Below are positions 38,929 to 53,200 of a DNA stretch of 64,000 bases, one piece after another. The stretch comes from Ruditapes philippinarum. Lineage: Eukaryota. How positions within the stretch are numbered: the stretch's first letter is position 1; every line of letters starts with the position of its first letter. Location of the stretch: contig NW_026851725.1 in assembly GCF_026571515.1 (NCBI RefSeq), forward strand, positions 1-64,000, read 5' to 3'. The notes beneath the pieces are model-generated. The model was not told the origin of the DNA. It saw only the letters and a program-made list of their open reading frames with translations, and did not search any database. The position numbers were made by a program, and so were the translations under genes.

Positions 38929-40464
38929 TATTTTTTCAATTCACACTATTCACTTTATAAATGCACATTTCACTGATGTCTGTGTTTGTCACTTTAAAAC
39001 TTAAGTTGTTTAACATAATATTGCATTGTAAATGAGAAGATTTACGTGCCCAGACGTTTAAGTTTATGCGTGTATTAACAATGAATCTTGAAAACGTTCG
39101 TACCTGGAAAAAGCACACGAATGGGTACCTGATGAAATCTTCTGGCAGTAAAGCTAAACAGTACATAAGTGAAAATGTACATACATGTATACATCTTGTA
39201 TTTTGAAAATATTCGATCATTCAACTTGTTGTAATTAAACATCGCGCAAATATACAAAAATTGACATTTGACACTTTTAATCACGAAAATTGAGAATAAC
39301 GTTTCAAAATGAAAAATAATCCTACAAAACAACAGCAACAACAACAAAAATAAACAAACAAAACAGCTACCAAAGGACTTTTAAATAGTATGCTACACAA
39401 ATTTTAACGCATCTAGAGCTATATCTCGCTTAAATGACAACAATAAAACCGAAGATACTAATCTACAGAAACTGGTTTTTCAAGATTCTGTTTTATGTAC
39501 ATGTACATTATACATTTTAATAGAAATCGAGATTTTTCTTAAAGAAACACTGGATACAAACATCTTTTAATAACCAGTTAAGCATGGACGGCGTGTCTGC
39601 ATACCAAGACATATTACAAAAAATAGCCTTAGGATAATCGACACTTTGTTCCCGTTTACAAATGGATGTTATAAAATTATTCTATTTATTTGTGCCATGT
39701 TTGAATGGTTTCGGCTAAAATAACGTACAAAGAAACGAAACAACGTACGTATATCCTTTTACATGTGCTGATTTTCATATAGGTAAGACTATTTAACTAA
39801 CTATTTAACTACGGTAATAATGTTGTATTTCTTGTAAATTGAAAAATTAGCTTAGTAATATACAAAATAGTTAATTATATCGCAATAATAGTTAATATGT
39901 TGGTTAGAATAATGATATAAACAACTCTGAGTAAAAAACGATGTTTCGTAATGGCAAAATTATAACATTTTGAAAAGATTATAACATTGGAAGAGTTATG
40001 CAAGGAATGGTTGAATAATTAAAACATCTAATCAAACAGCCTTTTCTGCGTAAGTATAATAAAGAAGAATTCAATAAAAATGCAAAATTGATGAGTCGCT
40101 GGCTATCCTACTTTCTCGAACATGTAGTTTTTTTTCTTTGGCTAAATCTAAGAACAACAATTCAGCACCTTTTTCTTGAATATTAATACATGTATAGAAT
40201 AGACATTTTGAATAGATTGTGCACTGTATCGTTTCATATATCATTGCTTTAATTAAAGCCGTGCATGCATGTACCCGTCAGGTTGCGATGAATAATCTTC
40301 TTTAAAGACCCATATTAGCGAAATGGTTCACTCAAGTGGCCATTGAAGACTTGAGAACTTTGAGCTTAGTTATCGACATTTTTGTTTTTAAATTTATCAT
40401 ATAAATCAAAACACCCTGAAAATGCTAACCTCTATCATTAATTTACACACAGTTAAGGCAAAAC

Positions 40465-42141
40465 ATGGGGAGAGAACAGAATAAACAGTCATCAAAGCGT
40501 CTACACAGAGGTACGAAGATAGTGCCAGAGGTTGTGAGCGAGAGGAGATCTTTGATCAACAGACAATCGCTAACGAGATTGCTTCAGATGTCGATGATAT
40601 CAAACGAGTTGACTAGACTACAGATTTACCAGGGTGACCAATGTATTTTGGCAGAAAGTAAGTTTCTGGTAAATGCCAACTTTTATTCCGCCTCTTCTGG
40701 TTCTTAGTTGCAATATTATGGGGCGTTTTAAACATGTCTGTATTTCAACACATTTTATTGATACAATTTCAAGTACAAACTGTACATATATAATAGTCAT
40801 CAGCTTTATACGATGGTCTAAGATTGAAGGTATCATTTTCATTGCAGACTGGCGAGAATTGTATGACATCGTTTCGGACCTCCATTATTCTGCTTTCTAC
40901 GGCGACCTCGTGTCCGTGAAACGAATTGTCAAAGAAAGACGGGGCAAATCAGATTCGACAGTGGAAGTCGACATTCCAACAGAAGATGGTCCAAAACTAC
41001 TTAAAGAATTGACACCGAATATCGGAGAGAATTACGGAAAAGAGAATTACGCCGGGTTTTTCTTGAAAACTACACCCCTTATGATGGCGGCTCAACAAGG
41101 CCGCTTGTCCGTGGTAAAATATCTCGTTGAATACTGCAAAGCAGATGTTAATGCCAATGACTCCTTAGGACTAACACCATTATCATTGGCATGCTCGTTC
41201 AACCGGCTAGAGGTTGCAAAATATCTTCTTACAAAGCACGCACTAATAAACGTGACAGAAAACAGGAACGGAATGACCCCGATAATTCTAGCAAGCGTAA
41301 ACAACCATAGTGACATGTGCAGGGTTTTACTGGGTCGTCATGCAAAAGTGAATATTGTTGATAAGTTTGGTAGGCAAGCCATTCATTACGCGGCATGGAA
41401 TTACAACAAGAAAGCGGTAACTGCCCTGTATCACCATGACAACCGGAGCATAAACGTACAGGACAACGACAGAAATACTCCGCTTCATTTACTGGTGTCT
41501 GATGAAAATGTTGATGTAGAGCTTAACAGTTTCACCGCAAAAACTGATCAACATTTACTGAGCGCTACAGCACAATTAGCAGAGTATGATGCCACTACGG
41601 CAGATATTAAAAGAGAAACAATCGCGGAACTAATAGAGTCGGGGAGCAATACGAATGCTTAGTACAAATGCTAGAGCTCGGGGCAAGTGTCACTATACGT
41701 AACAATATGGGCCAGGCACCATTGCATGTGCTTTGCAGCAGGCTGACTCCTGTAAAATACTCTAATGGATATTTGTATATCGATGAACCTACCACGACTC
41801 AGACCCTGTTGATAATGCACATGATTCTATATAAAAGAGGATGTTCGGGACATGCTCCAGATTTTCAAGGAAGGACACCATTTACTATTAGTGTTGATAG
41901 AATAAATTGGCTATCTGCCAAGATTCTTGGTGGGGACACAGCAATACGGTCAGAGGTGACAGTGGACTGGTTTGCCAAACTTGAAGATGCTGTTTCCATG
42001 TTCGGCTGGGGTCATTTGTTTGAGCATAAACACGTGATGTCAGAAATAGAATACATGTCGTCTGCTGTTTTGTCGAGACAGAAAAATGAAACGAAGGCAC
42101 AAAAAATGGCTAAACGAATCATGCACATATCTTACAAATGA
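40465..42141 (+). CDS. Ankyrin-repeat protein, 2 exons, reading frame broken near 41650-41662 (pseudogene or assembly error)
   Basis: Exon 1 40465-40657 (A|gtaagt) joins in phase to the acceptor ttgcag at 40847. Ankyrin motifs TPLMMAAQQG, GLTPLSLAC, GMTPIILAS, GRQAIHYAA, RNTPLHLLV, then GQAPLHVLC and GRTPF in the -1 frame after TAG 41660-62. Confidence 0.8.
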
Positions 42142-45100
42142 AATGAAATTATCTCAAGTACACTTTGTAAAAAACAAGTTATAAATATGATACAATGTCA
42201 TGTTACAGGTGTCAGAAATCTAGACTGCGTAAATCTCTGGTTTGAGAAAATATTGGGAGAAAAAATTGAGTAAAACGGTAGAAAAATAGGAAGTGAATAT
42301 CATCAGTCGAATTAAGTCGTATTTTTTTATTGTTTCAGCATTTATGGAACTTAAAAAATTTACACATATAAATAACCATTTTATACATGTGAAGAAATAT
42401 TGTTTATGCAATAAATATCTCGCACATTTGTCAATGTATTCCAATGCACATCAGTAAATAAATGAAGGTCATATGTGGAAATAGAGCAATAAGAATATCG
42501 CTGAAGACGATGGATTATCCGAAATCTGCACATTTGGCGATGTGTTCGATGCAAAGTCAATAAGGGCTGTGAGAGAAAAAACGTACAAATCTAATTTAAG
42601 CACCAGTGACCTGGACTCCAGTAATTCTTAACTCTACCCAAATTTAGAGGACAACCCAGCAAGGTAGCATTATGGTACATGGGCACTGAACTTTCTTTTA
42701 CTGGTCTCTAAAGTTTAAAAATCAAATTCCTTCAATACTTTGGACCAGCATATTATAAAGGGAGATAATAAAAAAAAGTGATATTGAGTTATGATCCTTA
42801 CGCACTTTTTTTCTGAACTTTAGGTCCACCTTGGTCCAATTAGGTCAAGGCAACTTCAACTATATTAGCAAAGGTGGTCTGCCGGGGTGCTTTCCAGCTT
42901 TTCTTCTGTCCAAGAAATCAACACAGCAAAATAAATAATGTAAACTTACAAACTTATGAAAATGTTTAATAATAAATATCATTAATAATCACAAGAACAA
43001 AAATATATATATAAATTCTACCATTCAAACAAATTTATGTTCTGTTTATTTAATATATATCTAGCAAATTAACTATTTGATGAAACTCTTTCAGAGATCA
43101 TTTTTGCCAATCATTTAAACTAGGGAATAAATATGTACACAAATACTAAGAGCATCACTTAACAATCTGTCTTCAGGTTATATAACTCTTAACATACCTT
43201 AACATAATAAAAGAAACTATTTAACCCTTGACTTCTGAATTTCCCAAGTGGACCTGTCCAAAATCTATTTTGAAATGGTCGATGAATCAAATCAATAAAA
43301 TTTTGGAAACTGGTCAACCAATAGCTCTCGGATGAAAGTGACTTTGTAACTTCGTTTAACACATTTTAAGGGTAAGCAAATTTGTTACAAATAATGAATT
43401 TTTCAGAGGAAATGATTCAAAAATGTTTGTAAATAAAGATAATAAAATCATCTGTTTTCAAAATTTCCCAATTTTTTTCATTTATAAATGCAAATTTACA
43501 ATGACACACAATGATATAGCATTACATATCTTATTTACTAAGCAATTACTTAAACAAAGAATTATTCAATACAAAACAGTAACAATATAAAGTCATCCTT
43601 TTGACCATTTTTTTTAATCCAATTCAAAATAACAATAACATTACATCATACTTTGACATCAATATCCATCAAACAAAGCAAAATAGCAATAAAAAATAAA
43701 TACTGATAATAAACAAAAGTAGTTGAAAAAAGTCTGTGCTTTAAGCACTCATGAACAATCATTTTTTTATTTGCAAAGATTTTTTATTTTTTTATGGGAA
43801 CCAGAATTACTGAGTACCAGAATCAAAATTCAAAATCATCCTGCGAAATTTATGCAATGGAATTGCCCTACTCTGAATTTTGAACAATCCCTTCAAAGAT
43901 AACAGGATTTCAGTTTAATAATACAAGATTGCCAATTTGTCAAAAAATACAGCCGTCACAATTGCCATTCACATTATAATGAACATTTACATTAATGACT
44001 AATACTCCTTTTTATTTTCATATCTGACCTTTGACATCTGCATGTGACCTTGGCCAAAAATTGGGATAAACCTGAATTTCACAAAATAGTACAATGATTG
44101 TTATACAAGAATTTAAAGAAGAGCACCACATGCCACATTAAAGCTAGTCTGTTACAATAACTACTTCTGACAAAAAAAAACAATCCAATAAAAAAATCCC
44201 TTTCAGAATTATGCCCCTTATCTAACATAAAACCATTTAACATGAAATCTGAATAAAAGGAAACACGAGGTGTCAATTTTATAAAATTTTCATGTTAAGC
44301 CTAAAGATGAATCTGAGTTTCATCATATACTATCATAATTTGTTCTTTGAGTTCATCAATCAACAACATTATTGCATTTTTCTTTTACAGTAAAGTTTTA
44401 AGTAAAACAAACACTGTATGTTGTAAATGATATGTGGCAACAATCCAGCTGTACTGTAGCAGGAAAACCTCAAGTCCACTCAAATTATTTCAGGCACAAA
44501 CAGGCCCTTAGTAGACCATCATATCTTCTGTAAACAAGGTGGATAGCTTCCTCACATGAAAGTTTTTTTAAGGGATTCAAACCCGCAAAGGTTGGAGGCA
44601 AGTGATTTCAAATCAGTCACTTTAACCACTTGGCTGAGGCCCCAAAAATATTGCATTTAACCCATAACAAAAAAAAAAGTTAAATACATTAACCGAAGAT
44701 GCAATAATGAAACTACATTTAACCAAAGTAAAAACACTGAATGCATTTAACCTACAATTAAACAATGTATATTGCTTTGAACTTTTCCTAAAAGAACTTA
44801 AATTCATTGAATCCAAGATAAAAATAATCAGACTAATATTGTAATGAACCTAAGACAGAAACAACTTAAATTCCATTATAAAACTGTACTTGTATTTAAC
44901 ATGTTAAACACAACTTAAATTACAGTAAACATGTTATTTATTAGCAACAGCTTAAACTGCATTAATAATATCATAGAAACAACTTAAATACTAATAGATA
45001 TACTCAACAAATGTGTTTTTTTTCCAAGGATATCCTCCAGTACAAACTTTTACCGTTACCGTTCACAATAGATAAGTCAACCTCTTGCGCTTAATTTCGA

Positions 45101-46610
45101 AGCTGTAACAGTTAAAGTTTGTTTGTACCACCTGAATATCTGGGAAAAACCCAACATATTCTTTATTCAAGAGTAAATCTATTTGATCAGTGTTGAGAAT
45201 ATATATTACTGACTGAAAGAGTTTGGCACTGATTATTTCAATAAATATTGAACTTTATTCATGATACAATTTAAATCTTTCTCTGCAACAGAAATACAAA
45301 CGGCCAGTCAGATTCATGGAAATTTTACACTTCCTCAAAACTTGCTTTCAATCAAAATTCTCTAAATCTTACATTGACAAGATGCCTAAAATATACTGTA
45401 AAAACAAGATAATTTGCGTGAGATCAAAATTTTATGAACTCAACATTTGAGACTATATAGCAAGGTTAAATGGTAGATACTTTAATAATATATCAACATT
45501 TGCAATTTCAATTTTCAAAATTTATTCCCTTGCAAAAATGTCTGATTTTAAAGCAATTTGTTTTCATTTATTATTTTTTGAGCTTTGCCATTGGTTTTAT
45601 TTCTGTCAAAGTTATCTTTGCCTTTAGAAAAAAGAAAGCAACACAAAAAAAAACAAGAAAACCTCTGTCAACAATTATATTACCTGCCTAAGGCTTTGAA
45701 TAAGTCAATAATTAAAGCAGTCAGTAATAGAACTTATTGTGTTATATTTTCATCTTTTAATTATTATAAATTATGCATACTAGTATATATGAAGCATAAC
45801 TGTCATCAACGAAATTTTAAAACAAGATATATCATGTCTATTTTGCAATAATTTCTATGTTGGAAATAGGATGACAATGTTTTGAGTACATGGTTATCAA
45901 TTATGCAAACATATTTTCTTTCAAAAATAATTTTCATTTCCAATATTTCACATACAAAAACATATTAGATTCTAACTTATCGGTGAAAGAAAAACATTCA
46001 TTCTTATTAAGTGTCAGACAGAAGCCCGGTGTAAAAAAGACTGATAATACTTTACTTAAGAGAAACTAAAAGAAACATTTATAATAAAATAAAAAAAAAA
46101 AATCTATGTCTAAATGCAGAATATCTTATAAACTGGATTTCAATTTCAAAAGACTTAATATCACATATTTCACAGATGTTCTTGTAATATCATGAATAAA
46201 TTACATGTACAAGCTTTTAGTACTTTTATTTGAGAGGTTCTAAAAAATTTAAATCATTACATATCAGTTTTATATTTTATTAATAAAAAGGTTCTGATAT
46301 TCAAAAGACCATATGCTCTGGTCTTCTGAGAAATAATAGCCAAGTGACAGAACTCTTGGAACTGTTATAAATAAATCAAGACTTTGCACAAAGTCGAGAC
46401 CTACAATTGCTAAATGTGTTCAATATTAACCAAAATCATTTATTACAAAATATAACTATATTTCTATGGCACAATCAGTTTTTTATTAAAAAATATAAAT
46501 AAAAAAAAGAAGAAGTCACAATTCAATTATAAGTTAGTAGTACATGTATGCTTTAAAAATTAATGTATTTATCTTAAGTGAACAGAGCTACATGTATAAA
46601 GAGAAAACAT

Positions 46611-46838
46611 TACTGTGAATTCACTTAATTTTGTGGGCAAGAAATTTTGTGGTTTTGTCACAATGAACATTTTCGTGGGTTCTTAAATTTGTATACTGCT
46701 TTTTTTTAAAAATAATCTTACAGCAGACAAAATGAAATTTCTTTGGATCTTAAATTTGTGGATTGACATATCCACAAAAAGACCAATCCACTAAAACCAT
46801 GAATTTTCACCACGAATATTAATGATAATTTTGCAGTA
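46611..46838. mobile_element. Old Tc1/mariner-type MITE
   Basis: Degenerate TIRs TACTGTGAATTCACTTAATTTTGTGG and (rc) TACTGCAAAATTATCATTAATATTCGTGG. Confidence 0.45.
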
Positions 46839-47250
46839 CATTCTTTTAATATTCATCATACTGACATTGTATATTAGACTTGTCTGCTTTTAAAAAATAG
46901 AACAGTCTATCGTTCTTATATTAGGGTTGGGAAGGGTAGGGGAGGGTAGGGGAGGGGTGAGCTTGGGGATTTCGCATTTAAAATGCTAAATTTGAGCAGG
47001 CAACAATATAAACACGTGTTTAACAGCACGGAAGAGCAGAGTGGTCTGGGCCATATTTTGGAAGCAATGAAATGTCATTTTAGCTATTTCAGGAAGTTAC
47101 AGTTAGTTATCGAAGTTGTAGAATCTAAGCATTTTTACTTGAACTTTGATTTAGCATGGTGATTTTTAATCTACACTTTTTTTTAGAGCATTAGGCAATG
47201 GAAGAGAGAGTTATAGTCTCTAGTCTATCTAGATATATCAGAATCTGTTG

Positions 47251-50200
47251 CTATGTATCTTGACTCATGGACATTGCTATAGCCTGCTTTAACATCTCCT
47301 CTTCTGACAACTCTGCAAGGAAAGAAAATTTAATGATTATAAGGTATTTGTGAATATAATCTAGAGAAACAAAAAAGTTATTTTACTTCTTAAAATTGTT
47401 AACTTTTTAAATACTATAGGGTTGTAAAGCCTAATCTAGGGTTTTTAGAAATCAGTCAAGAAATTGTTGGCATCATGACATGAATCATAGCAAAGTACAT
47501 GTATCTAATTTGAAAGAAAGACTAGTGAATAAAACTAGTGCATCAGGTGGGAACTTAATTTAAAAAAAAAATTCTAATGTTTAGAAACTTTTTTGTTGTG
47601 TATAACTCTTACTTATTGGTCAAGATGTATTACTAATAATGTCTACTAAACATGCCATGATCTGTATCAAATCAGTCAATGATTGTTCAGCATTATAGAC
47701 GTGTTGCTTTTTAAAAAGGAAACATAACGATTTTATTCTATGAACAGACAATATAAATATCTGTTGAACTAAACATCACAACACAATAAACAAACATGCT
47801 GTGAAAACTGTTCAGAAATGACTATGAGAAAACTTATGACATACAGAAGAATACATTGTAATATAGTTTTACACCCTTTGACAATCGTAACGAAGCAAGT
47901 TTAAACAATGACATATGGGAATATACACACTGCATTTGTATAATTATAATGATGGTTTATTTAAGTCACCTGGAACCATTCAAAGGTTCCCTGATCATTA
48001 CTCATTTCTTACCAGGCTTTACATGATATGAATTAAACATTCATACATACATAAAACACACCTATTTCTTGGTAATATGTAAGCACACTAAAAGGCTATG
48101 TCTTTTTCAAAAGGTAAAGGCTATATAGTGACAAGCCTGATTTGCTTATAGAGGAATACCTCAGGTGTCACTCTGATCATTGATTCAGGCACCAAATGCA
48201 CATAAGTCGAACCACTGACTTTCCTCATACTAGCTTAATAGCTTCATCGTATGACAGAATCAAAAGCCCGTGACAGGATTAGAGAGAGAGAGACAGGGAG
48301 ACATGTGACTCACAATCAATAACCTTAACCATACCATCATCATGTTAAATATATGCCCCACATATGATACTGGATAAAAAGTTTGCAATCCCCATTTTAA
48401 TTAAACATATCTCCATGTGATGATGAGAGCATATCTTACAAAGTTATTTCTTTACCTGAAACTTCAGTCTCTGTATTTGTTCCATTCACTGTCACATCTG
48501 ATGGGTTATCACAGGAACAATTCTCTTTGGTATCCTTGTCTTGATTTTGTTCACTAGAGTCTGTCTGACTGCCTAGTTTACTTAAAAAAGCTAGTCTTTT
48601 TTGTCTCATTTCATCTGCATCTGGCTTTTCAACTTCTGCTAGTTCATGTGACTGATCTGTGGTGCCACCTAGCTTATAACCTGATGTACTCTCCTCTTGA
48701 TTACTTTTATCAGTATTTGTGCTAGGTTTATCTTGTGCAGTTGAAGTGGACGGACCTGAACTAGATTCCCCAGAATGACATGCGGTCTCAATTCTGCTAA
48801 CAGACTCCTCTATATAACCTGTATATAAAATAATCATCAATTTTGTGTGAACGTATTTTTAAACAAATGCTGTCAGTAGGATAATATGCTCCACTTTCAT
48901 CACAGCATGAATAATGTATTAACAGAAAAGGACGGTTTCATTGAAATTTCATAGCTATAAGCTTGGAAATTGACATACAATTATGATCCAAAAAACTTAA
49001 ATATTAGTTTATCTGTTTAAATGGGTATGGTCAATTTTTAACTAAAAACTGGTTAGAGAATTCAATTACCTGTCAGGTTAGTATTTGACAAAAAGTAAAA
49101 AAAAAGTTTTAAATTGATTCTAAATATTACCTTAGTTTTTTTTTATATAAAGATATGACAATTTTTTTTCCGATATGATCAAGGATGGTACAGCCGCTCT
49201 AACAGAAAATAGTTGTTCCTTATTCAAATATGTATTGTAATACTACACCAAAATATGAACAAAATGTCATATCTCAATTGTCATAAAGAAAAATATTAGT
49301 GATTATGACAAAACCTGTGGTAGTAGTAACTTAATTCATGTTTTACACATCATTTCAATTTTACTTAATCCAGAGGATAATCAATACATATAATACAGAC
49401 ATTCAAAGCCAAAATAAATCACTTGTTACCTAGCAACATAAAACAATAATAATGATAGAGCATTAGAATACTTTTCTTGACTGCTTTATCACTTGTAATA
49501 ACACATATTATGTGATATTTTACAATATAGCAAAAAGTGTTACCATGAGCAAACATTTTTATTGATTTTGGTACTAAATGGACTCATTTGCTGAAAACTA
49601 TCAACTTTATTCTATGCACTTTGCCATCCTTTTAATTTTTAAGCAATTTTTAGAGAAATTTTTGCACTTCTCAAACACTTTGTAAGTGAGTAACAAAATT
49701 CAAGGACTTTAAAAGACTTTTTTATCCACTTTTCAAGAAACTGTCTCAATTTTAAGCCCTTCTTAAAATTGTAGGCACTGAGGAATGTGATAGTATCAGA
49801 TTTATGAATTGTTTGTCTAATTACCTTCCATACTCATCTGAAATTGTTTATCTAATTACATTCCATTCTCATCTGTAATTGTTTATCTAATTACCTTCCA
49901 TACTCATCTGTAATTGTTTATCTAATTACCTTCCATACTCATCTGTAATTGTTTATCTAATTACCTTCCATACTCATCTGTAATTGTTTATCTAATTACC
50001 TTCCATACTCATCTGTAATTGTTTATCTAATTACCATCCATACTCATCTGTAAAATTATTGAAATAATTACCTTCCATACTCATCTGCAGAGCTCGTTGT
50101 AAGGAGACATCATCTGATTCTATCATACTTTTGCTTTCCTGCAGAGCCTTTTCTACCTCTGGGTCTTCCTCCCGCCCTCCAGTTCCACCTGAAGCCCCGC

Positions 50201-53200
50201 CTTTTCCAGCTCGTGATTGCACATTATCTGTTATAAGCTGTGGTTTGATTGGCTGAACAGCCGGACAGAGGCGGAGCAACTGATCTGCTTCACATTCTGA
50301 CAGATCCCCGATCACAATGAATATTGAGTATCCTAAAGGTAATATTATCGTCATAAAATTCCTTCATACTTTCAGGATACAAGTTCTTCATAAAAAATAT
50401 AAGCTATCTTAAAAACTTATATAACAGAATATAGGTGTTTTTTGTACTTCAATAGCACAACTATTGGCAACAAAAAGATGATCATAGCCGATTGTATATT
50501 AAATCTCTGTCTGGTACTTAATAGATCTGTGATTTTGTATCTATTTAATCTTTGTATCAATATTATCATCATTAAACTATTCCTAGAAATGCTACAGGAT
50601 CATTATACAACACTTTCCTAAACTCATTTCATATGAACTGAAAACTTGTGTAAGATCCTTAATAAAGTAAGTTTGAAAGTATTATTAACTTTTTATCAGG
50701 GATAAAACATGTAAATTAATGTATTTACCATCTTGTTGTAGCTGTGTTAGGAACATGTTCAGATATGTATCAGATATAAGTTCAGGACCCGTCAGTAGTG
50801 AGTTCAAGTTAAACCACTGATTTCCTATCTTACGTACAGTCAGCCAGTGCTCGCCAAAATTACAGATGTATGACAGCATCCGTCTGAAAACATATGTAAA
50901 TGTATACAAACACATAAATACATTTAAACCAGGGCTAGCCAAATCTGATTTTTACTTACTTGTCCAGTGTTACCTGTATCATTTATTTACTTGTCTGTAT
51001 GATATTTATAGGGTAAATTCTTGAAAAATTCATTTGCCCCAACAAAATCGATTAATTATGATGCATTGTTTACACATTATCTCACACTTTCATCCAAATA
51101 TGTATACTAATCCTGACTTGCTTTGAAATTGAAACTGTTTGTTGTTATTTTAAGAAGTATAGAAATCAGAAATAAGATATATGTAACATGTAATTGTCTG
51201 ATATCTACCAGGCCATACAGATGTCTCTCTTATAGAAGCCAAAAGGCTCAAGATAAGAACATTACATTGTCTTATAGAAACCAACACCTGAAGGGCTCAA
51301 AATAAAAACACTACATCATGTTTTTCATTTTTATCTGAGGCAACAGATGTGTTAACTTAAACACAGAATTTGCCAGAGATCAAGGGGATATTTTAATCTA
51401 CAGGTTAAAAACAGGTTTACACAGCAGTTAATCAATGATATGGACCTCCAATCTTTTAATAATCAAAAGCCAGCTACATATTTTATCATTTATTCCCGGC
51501 CTCATATTTTATCATACATTTCAATAAAAAAAAGTATGCATAAATGAAATTACATCTGAAAGTTTTGGTCCATTAATGAAATAATTTAAACTTGTAATAC
51601 ACTAAACAAAATAAAATAGGGGTCAATAATATATTTTAGGGTATTTTGATAATAACTTTATATTTTAATCTAAATATATCACTTTCACCTTGTGCACCCA
51701 TGTACTGTTAGCAACGAGATTTTATAACCATGAAAATATCGAAAAATCCGTGCAAAACGCTCATAAAGACATGTACCTTCAAAAATTGCATTGAAAATGA
51801 AGATATCATATCCAACCTGATTGTTATGTCTTTATACCGCTGGAGTTTTAACACAGGTTCTTGTTTTCTGTGCTTCAAATTTAATTACCTTTATCACAAA
51901 ATATGCCGAGGAGGCACCTGACTCGAGATGAGGCTGCACAAGCCCTCGGACGTTTGCTAGCAGGCCAAAGTCAGCGTCAAGTGGCACAGGCCCACAACAC
52001 CAATCAAAGCGTCATTCAGCGGTTATGGACAAGGTACCTAGCCACCAGATCTGCATTTAGACGAACAGGAAGCGGTCGTTTGAGGGCAACATCTGCCCGA
52101 AACAACCGTGCAATGGTAGTAATGGCGAAACGGAAATGTTTTGATTCTGCTGTTTCATTGAATAGAGATTTTGCAAGGGCAACAAATGTGAATATTTCTG
52201 TTCAAACGTATAGAAATAGACTTCATGAGGCTAATTTACGCGCTCGGAGGCCAACTGTACGTGTACCACTCACTCCAAGACATCGTGTTAATCGATTGGC
52301 GTTTGCACGTGATCACCAGAATTTGAGGCTGCGTCAGTTTAGACACATTTTGTTCACAGATGAATCAAAATTCTGCTTGGACTTCCATGATGGTCGGCGA
52401 CATGTCTGGCGGCAACGTAATGAGCGTTTTAGAGACTGTTGTATAGTTGAACATGACCAATGGGGAAGCGGCTCAGTTATGGTTTGGGCTGGCATCTCTT
52501 ACGATGGGCGCACGGACCTACATGTGTTTATGAATGGCTCTGTTACCGGTCAACGTTATAGGGATGAGATACTCGCACAATATGTTGTTCCTTACGCTGG
52601 TGCTGTAGGTCAGGAATTTATTCTTATGGACGATAATGCCACTGCACACCGCGCCAGAATCGTAAACGCTTTTCTCGATGAACAAGGAATCGAGCGGATG
52701 TACTGGCCAGCACGGTCTCCAGACTTTAATCCTTTGGAACATGCATGGGACATTCTGCAGAGGCGAGTTAAAGCCCGGATTCCACAACCGTCAACAAGAA
52801 TTGAGCTCGCCAACGCTCTTGTTCAGGAATGGGCACTGGTACCACTTGCTGACATCCGTACACTTATCAGGAGCTTTCCAACCCGTATTCAGGAATTGAT
52901 CAGGGCTAGGGGAGGTCACACTCACTATTGAGGCAATTTCTACGACAGAAACTTGACACTTTAAAATCTTTTACCCCACCCATAACCTTAATTAAAGACA
53001 TTTTGGACACCGTGAACCTAAGTCATGGATTAAATGGAATACTTTTGTTTTTGCATCGAAATGTGTCAGTAGATAATGGATTTACTAATGTATAAACTTC
53101 AACAAATGTAAAATAATATGTTCATATTAAATATGCATATAATTTGTATGACCCCTATTTTATTTTGTTGAGTATATTTTAAAGTGAAAATTTAAAAACA

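Noticed and set aside
41660-41662. Stop-codon read-through or programmed frameshift in the ankyrin gene
   Set aside because: The downstream ORF is in a different frame and no X XXY YYZ slippery site is present.
42494-42545. Second hammerhead-like string CTGAAGA-CGATGGATTATCC-GAAA
   Set aside because: Stem II closing pair is C-C and no stem III/UH cleavage site can be formed; at best a decayed relic.
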